NCBI GenBank assembly: GCA_965248435.1
Contig: OZ252100.1
Span: forward strand, 960,001 to 1,024,000
From: Candidatus Latescibacterota bacterium
GTDB taxonomy: Bacteria; Latescibacterota; UBA2968; GCA-2709665
DNA length: 64,000 bases
Direction of reading: 5' to 3'
The notes beneath the pieces are model-generated. The model had not been told where the DNA came from. It worked only from the letters and a program-made list of their open reading frames with translations, and did no database searches. Of this stretch, positions 1 through 9,347 are shown in pieces. Made by a program: the position numbers and the translations under genes. The first letter of the stretch is position 1; each line of letters begins with the position of its first letter.

Positions 1-119
1 ATGTCCTTTAAATACCCCGTTGCCAGCCCGCGCACCGTGCCATAGTGACGCTTCACTAGGATGCCGAAGGCATTTGTATCACCCTCAAGCGACCTAGTCA
101 CGAAAACATTGTCATTCAT
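1..119 (-). CDS. ECF-type RNA polymerase sigma factor, N-terminus (runs off the left edge)
   Basis: Hand translation MNDNVFVTRSLEGDTNAFGILVKRHYGTVRGLATGYLKD matches the ECF N-terminal GD..AF..LV.RH pattern; RBS GGAG upstream. Confidence 0.75.
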   Translation of the reverse strand, partial: MNDNVFVTRSLEGDTNAFGILVKRHYGTVRGLATGYLKD

Positions 120-151
120 CAACTCTCCGCTTGTTGAAGGCCCTCACAAGG

Positions 152-181
152 TAGGATGCTGACTGGTGTGGTTTGGTTACA
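152..181 (-). promoter_or_regulatory. Putative ECF-sigma promoter (autoregulatory)
   Basis: Minus strand TGTAACC-N16-CATCCTA about 35 nt upstream of the ECF ATG; resembles the GTAAC/CGTC ECF promoter class. Confidence 0.5.
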
Positions 182-213
182 TGGGTTTCCGAGATTTCCC
201 CCGGCGGCATGGC

Positions 214-305
214 TTGTAACGTTCTGGCCACTTGCGAACCCGCCGCAGGCGGGTTGCCGTAGGCCAAGGCGCGTATGCGCCGCAGGGCAAGTGGACGTGT
301 TATAC
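214..305 (-). repeat. attC site (intact)
   Basis: TTGTAAC...GTTATAC ends; complementary arms CCACTTGC/GCAAGTGG. Confidence 0.9.
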
Positions 306-325
306 GGCTTTTGTGCCTTCAAACT

Positions 326-802
326 CTAGTCCAGCCTCGTCTTTAGCCAAGCTCGGAGCTTTTCACTGTAGGGCTTACGCTCTTCTGGAGTTGTGGTGCG
401 GCGGCGTTCGGCGTACAGCTGATCTCCTTCCCACCGAGGGAAGACGTGCAGGTGATAGTGCCAGACATCCTGGTTGCCAGCGGGTTCATTGTGCTGCCTC
501 GATGACACGCCATCGCATTCATATAGCTGTTTGAATCCGATAGAAATCTCTCTTGCCACCTCCTGGATTCTGGCCAGCAAGTGGGTCGGCATGGAGTAGA
601 CATTCTCGATATGCTTATTGGGGATAACGAGAACGTGCCCGTGATTCCCGGGCCACCACGCCGAAGAAATGAAAGCCGTAACGGTTCCGTCCCGAAAGAC
701 AACGTCGTCTTGTTTGGTCCTGGTGTGCTCGTTCTCGACCCCATCCACGACTAGGCAGAATGGGCAGGTGTATTCAGCAGGAGCGTGGGAGTTCGTTTCC
801 AT
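326..802 (-). CDS. HIT family protein
   Basis: CPFC and HYHLHVFP histidine triad. Confidence 0.92.
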   Translation of the reverse strand: METNSHAPAEYTCPFCLVVDGVENEHTRTKQDDVVFRDGTVTAFISSAWWPGNHGHVLVIPNKHIENVYSMPTHLLARIQEVAREISIGFKQLYECDGVSSRQHNEPAGNQDVWHYHLHVFPRWEGDQLYAERRRTTTPEERKPYSEKLRAWLKTRLD

Positions 803-837
803 TGGCGCGGACCTTTACACCCAAGGGCGGACGTGCC

Positions 838-912
838 GTATAACGGTCTAGGGGTGTGCGAACCCCCGCAGGGGTTATGCGACCGAAGGGAGCCGCACAC
901 CCCCTGTTAAGT
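838..912 (-). repeat. attC site (intact)
   Basis: GTATAAC...GTTAAGT; arms GGGGTGTGCG/CGCACACCCC. Confidence 0.9.
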
Positions 913-935
913 GTAGTTGCGGCTAATCTGGTAAC

Positions 936-2138
936 CTATTTCAGTCTAAAGACTAGCTGGGAGCAATTGCGCTTTACCAGCCAACCATTCTTTGGCGCTT
1001 TCGTTGTAAGACTCCTGGGCAAAACTTCCACGCGATAAGAATCCCTCCGTGGGGCACCGAGTTTTATCCACTTTCGGAGTGCTTTGTCGAACTTCTCATA
1101 GCATTCATCACCACCATAAACGTCAATGTGATTTTGTTCAGCGATGCAAACACTATTAGTGTCGTTTGTGGAGAGAACGTAATGCTTTCCAACTGGTTCA
1201 CCGGATAAGTGGTCCCTTCCTACGGGCTCAATGGATAGACCTTCCAAATAAGCGAAGAAGAATAGGTCGCGCCTAAGCCATTCTCTATGCCCAGGATTCC
1301 AGCTCTCCCACGGGGCAGCCTTCCGAGTAGGTTTGCGACCCGCTTTGATCATTTCCAACCGCCTGTGTGCCTGCTTTGGCGGCATTAGGTCTACGCCGTA
1401 CTTTCCATGCAGTGTCATAAACCCGGGCAAACCAACTACCTTTCCTTTTAGACAACCGTTTCTTTTCCACAATTCAATTAAGAGACACCAAGTCTCGCCG
1501 GGAATATCCTGAAGGGTAATCAACATCATTCCATCTTCCTTCAATTGGTCCATCCATTCTGGTGGAATATCTGGGCTGCTTACGGTCGTAATAATCCGAT
1601 CGTAGGGAGCGTGTTTTCGGTGACCCCTGCCCCCATCAGCCGTAAGGATTGTTAAATTCTGACATCCTTGTCTGCGAATATGTCTTCTTGCCCGTCTTGC
1701 AACATCTGCTTGAATGTCTATACTCCACACGTGCCCTTCGTGACCCACCAGATGCGCCATTAAGGCAGCATTCCAGCCCGTCCCAGCACCGATTTCAAGG
1801 ATCTTCAAACGTGGTTTGAGCTGGAGCTTCTCCAGCATGTCAGCAACAAGACAGGATTGAGACGTCGAACTAGGAGGATTCCGATGGCTCAACAAAGCGA
1901 CATCGCTATAGATCTTCTTCAACTGTGCTGTCGTTGGAGCCTTGGGGTCAACCCTTATCAGTCGCGACCTCTTTCCGTTCCCGCCCTGATAGTACTGATC
2001 GACAAATAAATGACGAGGCGTGGATCGAATCGCTTGCTCAACTTTCTTCGTTTTCAGGGTGCGGGCAACGTAGAGCATATCAATGAAGCTGTCCATTAGA
2101 GAACTTAACTGTTCATTGTGTTCTGTGGATTTTTTCAT
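936..2138 (-). CDS. Protein-L-isoaspartate O-methyltransferase-like (PCMT) with C-terminal extension
   Basis: PRHLFV, SSTSQ, LEIGAGTGWNAA and APYDRII motifs. Confidence 0.85.
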   Translation of the reverse strand: MKKSTEHNEQLSSLMDSFIDMLYVARTLKTKKVEQAIRSTPRHLFVDQYYQGGNGKRSRLIRVDPKAPTTAQLKKIYSDVALLSHRNPPSSTSQSCLVADMLEKLQLKPRLKILEIGAGTGWNAALMAHLVGHEGHVWSIDIQADVARRARRHIRRQGCQNLTILTADGGRGHRKHAPYDRIITTVSSPDIPPEWMDQLKEDGMMLITLQDIPGETWCLLIELWKRNGCLKGKVVGLPGFMTLHGKYGVDLMPPKQAHRRLEMIKAGRKPTRKAAPWESWNPGHREWLRRDLFFFAYLEGLSIEPVGRDHLSGEPVGKHYVLSTNDTNSVCIAEQNHIDVYGGDECYEKFDKALRKWIKLGAPRRDSYRVEVLPRSLTTKAPKNGWLVKRNCSQLVFRLK

Positions 2139-2173
2139 AAGTGCCGCTATTGGGTGTCGTCAGACACCGCCAC

Positions 2174-2210
2174 TTTTAGCGTTCTCAGCGCCTGCCGAAC
2201 CTGCTGTGCG
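2174..2210 (-). repeat. attC half-site (R' side only, degenerate)
   Basis: TAGCGTTCTC...GAACCTGC matches the left part of the family; no GTGTTA end. Confidence 0.55.
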
Positions 2211-2236
2211 GTCCAAGGCTGCAAGATCCGAGCTAT

Positions 2237-2824
2237 TCACAAACCCAGCTTCGCCCTCAACTCTTTGCGGTCCCTTATCTCCTCTGGCGGAAACTGACCA
2301 CTCCGAATCAGATCGACGACATTCTGGGCACTTCTCAGGATCTGATCCATTTCATCGTTGTTCACAAGACCAATGCGTCGGGCCTCAGCTAGTTCATCTA
2401 GGTCTAGTATGCTATGGGTGCTCAAGTCATCCTTGACCGTGATGTCAACAAACCAGTCTTTGAAGATCCAGGCATCAAGGTCCGTGCGAAATTCTGTCAC
2501 ACCAATGTCGATGTACCAGGGCCAGTCCTTCCCAAGTGCGGGGAAGCATACATTCTCGTGGATGAAACAATTCCGGTCCAGCAGGTAATAGCAGAGGGTC
2601 TCCGGTCCGCATCCAAATTGGCCCTCGAACGGCTTCTCGACGATCAGGTCTTCAGAGATCTTGAACCATCTCCAGTCGCTCTCGTCGGTCGCTCGAAACT
2701 TAGAGACTTTCTCTTTAAGATAGGACTCCACGAGGTCGGGAGGATTGACCTGGAATCCACCCTCTCCAAGCTCTTTTCCGAGTCGATGCCAAGCGACAAG
2801 TGTTTGGGTCATGTTATTAAGCAA
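2237..2824 (-). CDS. DUF402-like protein
   Basis: WYIDI...DWFVDI...ILDLDELAEA pattern. Confidence 0.75.
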   Translation of the reverse strand: MLNNMTQTLVAWHRLGKELGEGGFQVNPPDLVESYLKEKVSKFRATDESDWRWFKISEDLIVEKPFEGQFGCGPETLCYYLLDRNCFIHENVCFPALGKDWPWYIDIGVTEFRTDLDAWIFKDWFVDITVKDDLSTHSILDLDELAEARRIGLVNNDEMDQILRSAQNVVDLIRSGQFPPEEIRDRKELRAKLGL

Positions 2825-2859
2825 TCAGTTCGTAAACAGCAAGTCCGAGCCTTAGACAC

Positions 2860-3408
2860 CTACCCTGACTCCCTTTGACGCTGCTGCCATTCCTGTTCAA
2901 GAATGCTCATCTGCACATTGTTCCACCAGTCTTTACCCATCCTTCGGGACTCTCGCTGCACACCTTCCCGAACGAATCCGCAAGCCTCGTAACACCGAAT
3001 CGCCTTGGTGTTGAAATCCCATACTCCAAGAGAGATCCGATGAAGGTTCAACTCCTCGAACCCATATCGAAGAACCTCCTGAACCATCCTTTTCCCCAGA
3101 CCCTCACCTCTCCTACTCGGATCAACTAGTACGCGACAGAGGGATGCCTTTCGGTCGTGGTCGTAGATGTTGTCTAGTTCGACATGCCCGACTACCTCAT
3201 CGCACTTTATTGCTTTCCATATCTTCCGTTTGTCCGGGTGCCTTTCAGCACATGAGAGGTGCTTTTCGAGTTGACTTTCAGTAAGTGGGAAGGTGAACAC
3301 AAGTCCCGTCCACTGCATTAGGAAGTCAGCTGTAGGTATCCATCCCACGAGGCGTTCAAAATCTGATCGTTCAAATGGTGTCAATTCAATCACATGAGCA
3401 TCTTTCAA
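2860..3408 (-). CDS. GNAT N-acetyltransferase (RimJ/RimL type)
   Basis: RRGEGLG and N.KAIRCYEACGF..EG motifs. Confidence 0.9.
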   Translation of the reverse strand: MKDAHVIELTPFERSDFERLVGWIPTADFLMQWTGLVFTFPLTESQLEKHLSCAERHPDKRKIWKAIKCDEVVGHVELDNIYDHDRKASLCRVLVDPSRRGEGLGKRMVQEVLRYGFEELNLHRISLGVWDFNTKAIRCYEACGFVREGVQRESRRMGKDWWNNVQMSILEQEWQQRQRESG

Positions 3409-4223
3409 AAGAGATTCAGAAATCTATCAACTGCTTCGCTCAGAGTGATATCAGCCTCATCGGACCACTCCTTGTAATACCTTTGAAAAGGTGGAATCTG
3501 TGGGGTTGCGGTGGCTATTGACCGCATTTCGAGACGGCCCATAGGACCGGCCGCTTTGAGGTAGCCGCTTTCGCGGAACCGACGAAGTGTAGCATCCACA
3601 TCGTAGTCGACAGATTGGTGACGGATATGCCAGCCATTACTGTGTTGCTCCAGGAGGAGATACTGAGCAGTCGGATTGTAGTCAACCGGAATTCCGACAG
3701 AACCGCAGTTAATGATGATGTGATCCTCCCAAAGCCGTACCTGTGGGTTATGTTGATGCCCTCGTACGAGGTATCGTTCCGTAACACCGAGAAAAATTTC
3801 TTTGAGTTTATCCTCGGGTGTATAGGATCTGAGGGGCTCCTGATTGCTGCGTGGAGAAGAATGGAAAAAGAGCAAGTCTGATACTTCTGGAATTCGACAT
3901 GTGAGTGGAAGAGCACCAAGGGTCTTGCGCTCCTCCACTGAAAATTGTTGAGCTGCCCATTGCAGGGGACCAAACTTCTCCGTGCTCCAAATGGGATCTG
4001 CATCGGGGGTTCCATATCGGGCTATGTAGCTTTCTCCATTACCTTGCACGATAGGGCAGTCGAGTTCACAGGCCAGCTTCCAGCACGCAGCCGAATCTGG
4101 GGCACCGAGAACGATGTCGCCGACAATGATGATTTGATCTACGTTCTGCTTCTTGACGTGATCAAGTGCCGCCTCGAATGCAGGTAGATTCCCATGTATG
4201 TCGGACAGAGCCGCAATACGCAT
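3405..4223 (-). CDS. Metallophosphoesterase (calcineurin-like, YfcE type)
   Basis: SDIHGN, GD, GN, GHQH and NCGSVG motifs. Confidence 0.9.
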   Translation of the reverse strand: MRIAALSDIHGNLPAFEAALDHVKKQNVDQIIIVGDIVLGAPDSAACWKLACELDCPIVQGNGESYIARYGTPDADPIWSTEKFGPLQWAAQQFSVEERKTLGALPLTCRIPEVSDLLFFHSSPRSNQEPLRSYTPEDKLKEIFLGVTERYLVRGHQHNPQVRLWEDHIIINCGSVGIPVDYNPTAQYLLLEQHSNGWHIRHQSVDYDVDATLRRFRESGYLKAAGPMGRLEMRSIATATPQIPPFQRYYKEWSDEADITLSEAVDRFLNLF

Positions 4224-4253
4224 GGAAGTTCCTTACGCTCTGAGAATCGTTAG

Positions 4254-4292
4254 GGCGCGTATGCGCCGAAGCCGGGTGTACTCGTGTTAAGC
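4254..4292 (-). repeat. attC half-site (R'' side only)
   Basis: GGCGCGTATGCGCC hairpin as in the 214 site, followed by CGTGTTAAGC. Confidence 0.7.
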
Positions 4293-4304
4293 GCTGGTGC
4301 AGCC

Positions 4305-4787
4305 CTACTGCGGAGCTTTAGGTAGCTTTCTCAGTTCAATTCTGAGGCGCTCCAGGCTGTCCTGAGGCCATGCCTTGTTTCTGTCGTATCCTTCTTCAAA
4401 CTGGGGGACATGAGCCGGCAGCTCAAGCCAGGCGTGCTTTTCTTTGGTCCAAATGTGTGCATTTATCTCAAGAACCCTCATGTCGTCCAACGTTCGCGAT
4501 CTCAATAGAGCAGTGGCCGGGTGATTAGTAGCGGTCCTGTAGATAACATCCTCGCAGGATTCGCAGAGGAACGTCGTTCGATGCGCCGCAATACGCTCCG
4601 AGACAAGTTTGCCCTGATCGAATCTAAGATCGCTTTCAAGAACGATGGTCGTAATCCCGAAGGCGGAACCGGAAGCCTTCTGACAGTCTAGGCAATGACA
4701 TGCGTGCACAAAAAGAGGCGGGTTCCCAAGTCTGTATCGCACCTCTCCGCAGCTACAGCCACCGGAGAACTTGCAGTTCTTAGTCAT
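4305..4787 (-). CDS. GFA family protein (Mss4-like, Zn-binding)
   Basis: GGCSCG, CHCLDC and CESC cysteine motifs. Confidence 0.9.
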   Translation of the reverse strand: MTKNCKFSGGCSCGEVRYRLGNPPLFVHACHCLDCQKASGSAFGITTIVLESDLRFDQGKLVSERIAAHRTTFLCESCEDVIYRTATNHPATALLRSRTLDDMRVLEINAHIWTKEKHAWLELPAHVPQFEEGYDRNKAWPQDSLERLRIELRKLPKAPQ

Positions 4788-4817
4788 ACGCTCCTCCAGG
4801 TCAAGCCTGTCCCGCCA

Positions 4818-5510
4818 TCAATCCGCTCTACGCGCGGGTTTGCCTATCTGATCCTGCCTAAGCTTGTCCCACACCCGATCGTCCTCTAGATACGCTCTAA
4901 GCTTCTCCTTCGGTGAGACCAGTACAGGATGCCCATGTCCGAAGCAAATGGTGCTGAATGACAGATCCAACAAACTGCTGAGCGACTGTCTTGCCGCACC
5001 AAGGTCACGAATGTAGTTGGGGGCAATGATTCCAATCTCCCCTTCGGGTATTCCCATATCCATCCTGCCTCCAGAGAGTATGTCCCCAACTATGAGTACA
5101 CCTCCCGACTCCTTCACGAGGAGAGCTGTCTCCGGGAAATAGAGATCGGGCACGAAGATAAGATCAATGATATGCCACAGGCTTTCCCCACCCTTAAAGG
5201 TGCCACCCAACTCGACTTCGTACCGGTCAAGTTCGGCTTCATTGGCCAGTATCTTGCAACCCCATCGCTCTCGAAATTTCTCTGAGTTCCGAAGATGATA
5301 CTCACAAGTTAGCACGATATGTGATGGCTGGCCGATTCGCTCCACCTCGCGAAGGTCATCATCAGCTATCGGAAGAGGGTCAACAAGAGCTACAACACCT
5401 TCATAAGGAACATTGATAACAAAACTGTTCCAAGGATACGGTTCGTCTCTTGTCTCTCCGTGGATCTCGGACCACATCCAGACGTTGGGAGATATTCTCT
5501 GCATCGGCAT
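4818..5510 (-). CDS. Metallo-beta-lactamase-fold protein (degenerate)
   Basis: LVDP, LTCEYHLR, GD and CFGHG motifs. Confidence 0.7.
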   Translation of the reverse strand: MPMQRISPNVWMWSEIHGETRDEPYPWNSFVINVPYEGVVALVDPLPIADDDLREVERIGQPSHIVLTCEYHLRNSEKFRERWGCKILANEAELDRYEVELGGTFKGGESLWHIIDLIFVPDLYFPETALLVKESGGVLIVGDILSGGRMDMGIPEGEIGIIAPNYIRDLGAARQSLSSLLDLSFSTICFGHGHPVLVSPKEKLRAYLEDDRVWDKLRQDQIGKPARRAD

Positions 5511-5540
5511 TCTCTGAGGGTGTAGTGCGATAGGGCGGAC

Positions 5541-5569
5541 GCACCGACCAGCGCACGGGCGTGTTAGCC
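5541..5569 (-). repeat. attC half-site (R'' side only)
   Basis: GCGCACGGGCGTGTTAG right end with no TAACG partner. Confidence 0.65.
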
Positions 5570-5600
5570 GAAGTGGGATCTGTAATTCTCAACTGATTTT

Positions 5601-6320
5601 CTATGAGTCCGTTTTTCTCGATTTTACAATCAAATGGACTGGAACTATTCCCCTCCGAGGCTCATGAACATCCTCAACGCGGAAGCCATTGTGCGCAAGG
5701 GCATTTAGATAGGTTGAGATCATCCGATGATGGCTCCCAAACGTTCCGCACATGCCGGATCCGCCTGAGTACCACTTTCCTTCCTCGCTATACCTCGTTA
5801 CCCGAAGAGCGATGAGATTGCCTTCCTCATCGAATTCTTGATGAGGGTTGTCTACACTGAATGGCGCTCTGAAACAAGGATGCAGGATCAGGAAAACGAA
5901 CAGTCCATTGTTTTCTAGGATTCGCCATACTGTGCGAATCGTTGCATCAAGGCCTGGAATATCCATTAGAGCCATGTAGCAGACAATCGCATCAAAGGTT
6001 CGGTCATCAAATTTATCTAGGCGCTGGGCGTCATCCCTTATGTAGTTGATCCCAAGTCCAACTGATTGTCGTTCCGCGTGATGGAGCAACTTGACCGACA
6101 GATCAACCCCGGTAACCACAGCACCCCGCTTGGCCAACTCACGAGCGAGGTAGCCCTCGCCGCATGCGAGGTCACAGACCCTTGCTCCATCAATGTCTCC
6201 GAGCATTTGGAGAACAGCCTCCTCGGTTTGTCCGACAGATGGGCCGTTTCGAATTATGTAGTCGTAGTAGAAGTCCCATTCTTTATCGTACTCGGATTCG
6301 GGAAGTTCACTGGTGCTCAT
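5601..6320 (-). CDS. Class I SAM-dependent methyltransferase
   Basis: DLACGEG motif I; start moved to MSTSE because the longer ORF reads through an attC. Confidence 0.9.
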   Translation of the reverse strand: MSTSELPESEYDKEWDFYYDYIIRNGPSVGQTEEAVLQMLGDIDGARVCDLACGEGYLARELAKRGAVVTGVDLSVKLLHHAERQSVGLGINYIRDDAQRLDKFDDRTFDAIVCYMALMDIPGLDATIRTVWRILENNGLFVFLILHPCFRAPFSVDNPHQEFDEEGNLIALRVTRYSEEGKWYSGGSGMCGTFGSHHRMISTYLNALAHNGFRVEDVHEPRRGIVPVHLIVKSRKTDS

Positions 6321-6354
6321 AGGATGCGGTCTCCCAACTACCCCTGCGCGTGCC

Positions 6355-6447
6355 GCATAACGATCTCGGCACCCACGAACCTGCCGCAGGCGGGTTGCCG
6401 TCAGGCCCAGGCGCGTATGCACCGCAGCGCAAGTGGACGTGTTAGCA
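6355..6447 (-). repeat. attC site (chimeric arms)
   Basis: GCATAAC...GTTAGCA; left arm GGCACCCAC is not complementary to right arm GCAAGTGG. Confidence 0.85.
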
Positions 6448-6499
6448 GCCGTCGTGCCCTGAAGAGTCAATCAGATACCAAAGTTGATCACTCAATAAT

Positions 6500-7138
6500 T
6501 CACTCCAATCGAAGCGCTCTAACGAGATCGTGGAAAGAGTCGTAAATCTCACAATCCGCGGTGGCAAATCGAAATCTATCTTGGTGTCCTTGGAGAACGG
6601 CAAGTGGGCGGCAGCCCACGGCGCTCGCTACCTCAACATCATGGTCAGTGTCGCCTATGAAAAGTGTCGCGGATGGATCAAGATCGAAGTGTTCGATCAG
6701 GTCGCGACATCTCTGCTCCTTCGACGTAGCCAATCGATCAGAAAGCCCGTACACACCCTTGAAATGTCCCTGAACTCCGAGCATGTGCACCCATGATACG
6801 AGCATCTCTTCCTCAGCAGCCGACAACACGAACTGATCTATTCCATATTCTCCCAGGTACTCCAAAGCCTCCGTGATTCCCGGATTGAGTGAACAACACC
6901 CAATACCGGACTGGTACACCTTATGAAATTCATCAGAAATGTCGCAATGTTCTTCTCTGACCAGATCGAATCCCAAATGACGATAGTAATCAGATACGGG
7001 GAACCGAAAGATCTGTCTATGTTTTGCGCTGTCTATTGTTGGGAGACTCCTCTTGCGCAACAATTCGTTCATCGAACTTGCTGCCCATTCTAGATCATTT
7101 AAGATGGTTCCGTTGAAGTCCCAAATGACTGATTTCAT
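6500..7138 (-). CDS. HAD family hydrolase (phosphoglycolate phosphatase-like)
   Basis: WDFNGT and IGDTDHD motifs. Confidence 0.9.
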   Translation of the reverse strand: MKSVIWDFNGTILNDLEWAASSMNELLRKRSLPTIDSAKHRQIFRFPVSDYYRHLGFDLVREEHCDISDEFHKVYQSGIGCCSLNPGITEALEYLGEYGIDQFVLSAAEEEMLVSWVHMLGVQGHFKGVYGLSDRLATSKEQRCRDLIEHFDLDPSATLFIGDTDHDVEVASAVGCRPLAVLQGHQDRFRFATADCEIYDSFHDLVRALRLE

Positions 7139-7201
7139 GATTTTCTCACAAAAAACCGAGATCTTTAATGGGGCCCCAGAAACCTAGGAGCACGATGGCT
7201 G

Positions 7202-8074
7202 CTATAGCATCTGCTTGGCCCCAAGTCTGAGGAGTGGTCTTTCACGGGCAGCCTGTTCTGCGGAGATTTCCTGCCAGTTCTTTGCCACCTCGTGGGTTCC
7301 CAAGATGGCTGTGGTCATGCTCTTAGTCACGATGTCTCCAGTAATCTGATCTTCGAAACCTTTGATCTCAACGAGAGGCACTTCTCCCTTGTAGTAGGTC
7401 AGCTCAACTAGGAGGTTCACCGAGAGATTGACCTCGGACTGCATGTTACCAGACCTCGTGCAGACCGTATGTGCGAACAAGGGTATGTCGTTGTGTTCAC
7501 CTACATCGATAGGCAGATCACCATTGTTCCATGCGCGTGAGACATTCTCGTGGATAGATCCGAGGGATCCGCCGTGCTTGTCGTATAGAACCATTGAAGG
7601 CCAGTCACCTCCAGCAACTCCACCTGCACCGATTAACTTGAATGTTACCGAGTAACGCACGTTGACGAATTCGCAGATAGTTGGCAATGCAACGTATGTC
7701 TGCCAATCGTGCTTTTCAGCGTCAACAGTTCTGTAGAGTGTCAATCCAGCATCTGCCCCCCGCTTCTTGGCGGCGGCAGAAAAGCCTGAAGAAGAAACCA
7801 GCACCGCCTGGTTTGCCTGTATGTCTTCAGCCAATCCCATGAACGATTCGACAGCCTTTACATTTACAGGCCTTTTGAGATCCTTACATTCCATCGCGAC
7901 CAAAAGTTCAAATTGGCCAACTTTCTTTTTGATACATATGTCTACCTGACGCATGCGGCCAGATTTCTTTCCAAGAATCTTTTGGTCGGTTGTGATCTCA
8001 CAGTCAGGTGATAGGGTCTTTTGTATTTGGGAAACAAGCTGTTCAAAGCGTTTCCACTTCGGGGTCTGTTTCAT
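7202..8074 (-). CDS. Mrr-like PD-(D/E)XK restriction endonuclease domain protein
   Basis: FE...RQVDI...ECK...V...SGFS..A pattern of Mrr_cat. Confidence 0.8.
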   Translation of the reverse strand: MKQTPKWKRFEQLVSQIQKTLSPDCEITTDQKILGKKSGRMRQVDICIKKKVGQFELLVAMECKDLKRPVNVKAVESFMGLAEDIQANQAVLVSSSGFSAAAKKRGADAGLTLYRTVDAEKHDWQTYVALPTICEFVNVRYSVTFKLIGAGGVAGGDWPSMVLYDKHGGSLGSIHENVSRAWNNGDLPIDVGEHNDIPLFAHTVCTRSGNMQSEVNLSVNLLVELTYYKGEVPLVEIKGFEDQITGDIVTKSMTTAILGTHEVAKNWQEISAEQAARERPLLRLGAKQML

Positions 8075-8098
8075 GCGATTTCCCTGGTCCGCAATTTC

Positions 8099-8185
8099 CT
8101 ATAACGTTCCCGGCACCCACGAACCTGGCGGAGGCAGGTTAGGCGGAGGCCCGAATGGGCCCAAGCCGAGGGTGCCGTGTTAAGC
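8099..8185 (-). repeat. attC site (intact)
   Basis: CTATAAC...GTTAAGC; arms GGCACCC/GGGTGCC. Confidence 0.9.
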
Positions 8186-8222
8186 GCTGGTGCAGCTTTG
8201 AGGCGTGTCACCTCCACGGGGG

Positions 8223-9167
8223 CTACGCAATCGACACGATGCAGCGGAAGCCATGGTCATTGGTGTCACGGCTGTCGGGAGGGTAGAAGAGACGCTGTGC
8301 CCCTCGGCTCGTATACGCGGGGCTCAACCAGGCACCGCCTCGCATGACGCGAACAAAGTGGGCAGTTGGTGTCTCCGGTCCTTGCGGATCCCGGCTCGGG
8401 CTGCGCGTGTAGTAATTGGGGTCATGCCATTCGCGGCACCACTCGCGGACTTGGCCAGCCATGCCGACGACACCGCACCAGCTCTCGTCCTGTGGATATT
8501 CACTTGTTGGCGTCGGACCCTCAAGCTGCGCCACATGCTCTCCGAGCCAACAGGACTGGGGGAACGAGCCATCCGGGTTCCTGCTGCCTCCTCCATTGAG
8601 CCATTCCCGCCAATCGTCGTTGTCCGTGAAGTGCCGGCCTGCGAGTTCGTCAGCGCAGCGGCAAGTTCTCGGACGCCACTCGTTACCCCAGGGGAAAACC
8701 AGTCCTTCTGGCCCTCGGGCGGCGTACTCCCACTCTGCCTCGGTCGGTAGGCGCCCGCCGGCCCACTCGCAGTAAGCAGATGCGTCGTGCCAGTTGGCCG
8801 AACTGACCGGGAGCTCTTCGCTTCCAGCGATCGGGACACCGGCACTCCAGGCGCTGTTCCAGGGTCCATGCACCGTGGGATCGACTGGTGGCTCTCGATC
8901 CGTCTCTTGCATGAAGCGGTAGTATCGACCGATGGTGACGGGCTCGACGTACATCCAGAACCCACTGACCTCCACCGCGTGAAGGTCGAGCTCACCGACC
9001 CAACGATCGGTGCCAACCTGTGCGTCGAACCAACGCTTGTCCCAGTCGTACTTGGCCCAGAGGTTTTCCACGGCGTGACGCTCAGACCCCATGATGAACC
9101 TGCCATCGGGGACAAGAATCATTTCTGCCCCGTCTTGCGCGTTCACCCGCGTGCTAAACTCGTTCAC
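8223..9167 (-). CDS. Formylglycine-generating enzyme (SUMF1/EgtB) family protein
   Basis: RLPTEAEWEYAARG, MAGQVREW, RGGAW and GFRC motifs. Confidence 0.92.
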   Translation of the reverse strand: MNEFSTRVNAQDGAEMILVPDGRFIMGSERHAVENLWAKYDWDKRWFDAQVGTDRWVGELDLHAVEVSGFWMYVEPVTIGRYYRFMQETDREPPVDPTVHGPWNSAWSAGVPIAGSEELPVSSANWHDASAYCEWAGGRLPTEAEWEYAARGPEGLVFPWGNEWRPRTCRCADELAGRHFTDNDDWREWLNGGGSRNPDGSFPQSCWLGEHVAQLEGPTPTSEYPQDESWCGVVGMAGQVREWCREWHDPNYYTRSPSRDPQGPETPTAHFVRVMRGGAWLSPAYTSRGAQRLFYPPDSRDTNDHGFRCIVSIA

Positions 9168-9227
9168 TTAGGTTCTCCAGGCGGCGTGGGATGTTCTCGG
9201 GAGCCTTGTGATCAAAGCTGCACTTGC

Positions 9228-9272
9228 GGCTAACGTTCTCGCGGGCTGCGAATGCACCAAGCCGTGTTAGCC
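9228..9272 (-). repeat. attC site (internally deleted, 45 bp)
   Basis: GGCTAACGTTCTC...CCGTGTTAGCC with the central hairpins missing. Confidence 0.75.
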
Positions 9273-9347
9273 GCCGGCTGCACCTGCCCGCCTCTCTCGG
9301 CCCAAAAGATCAGGGCGCGAATGAAACGCGCACGATTACAATGGTTC

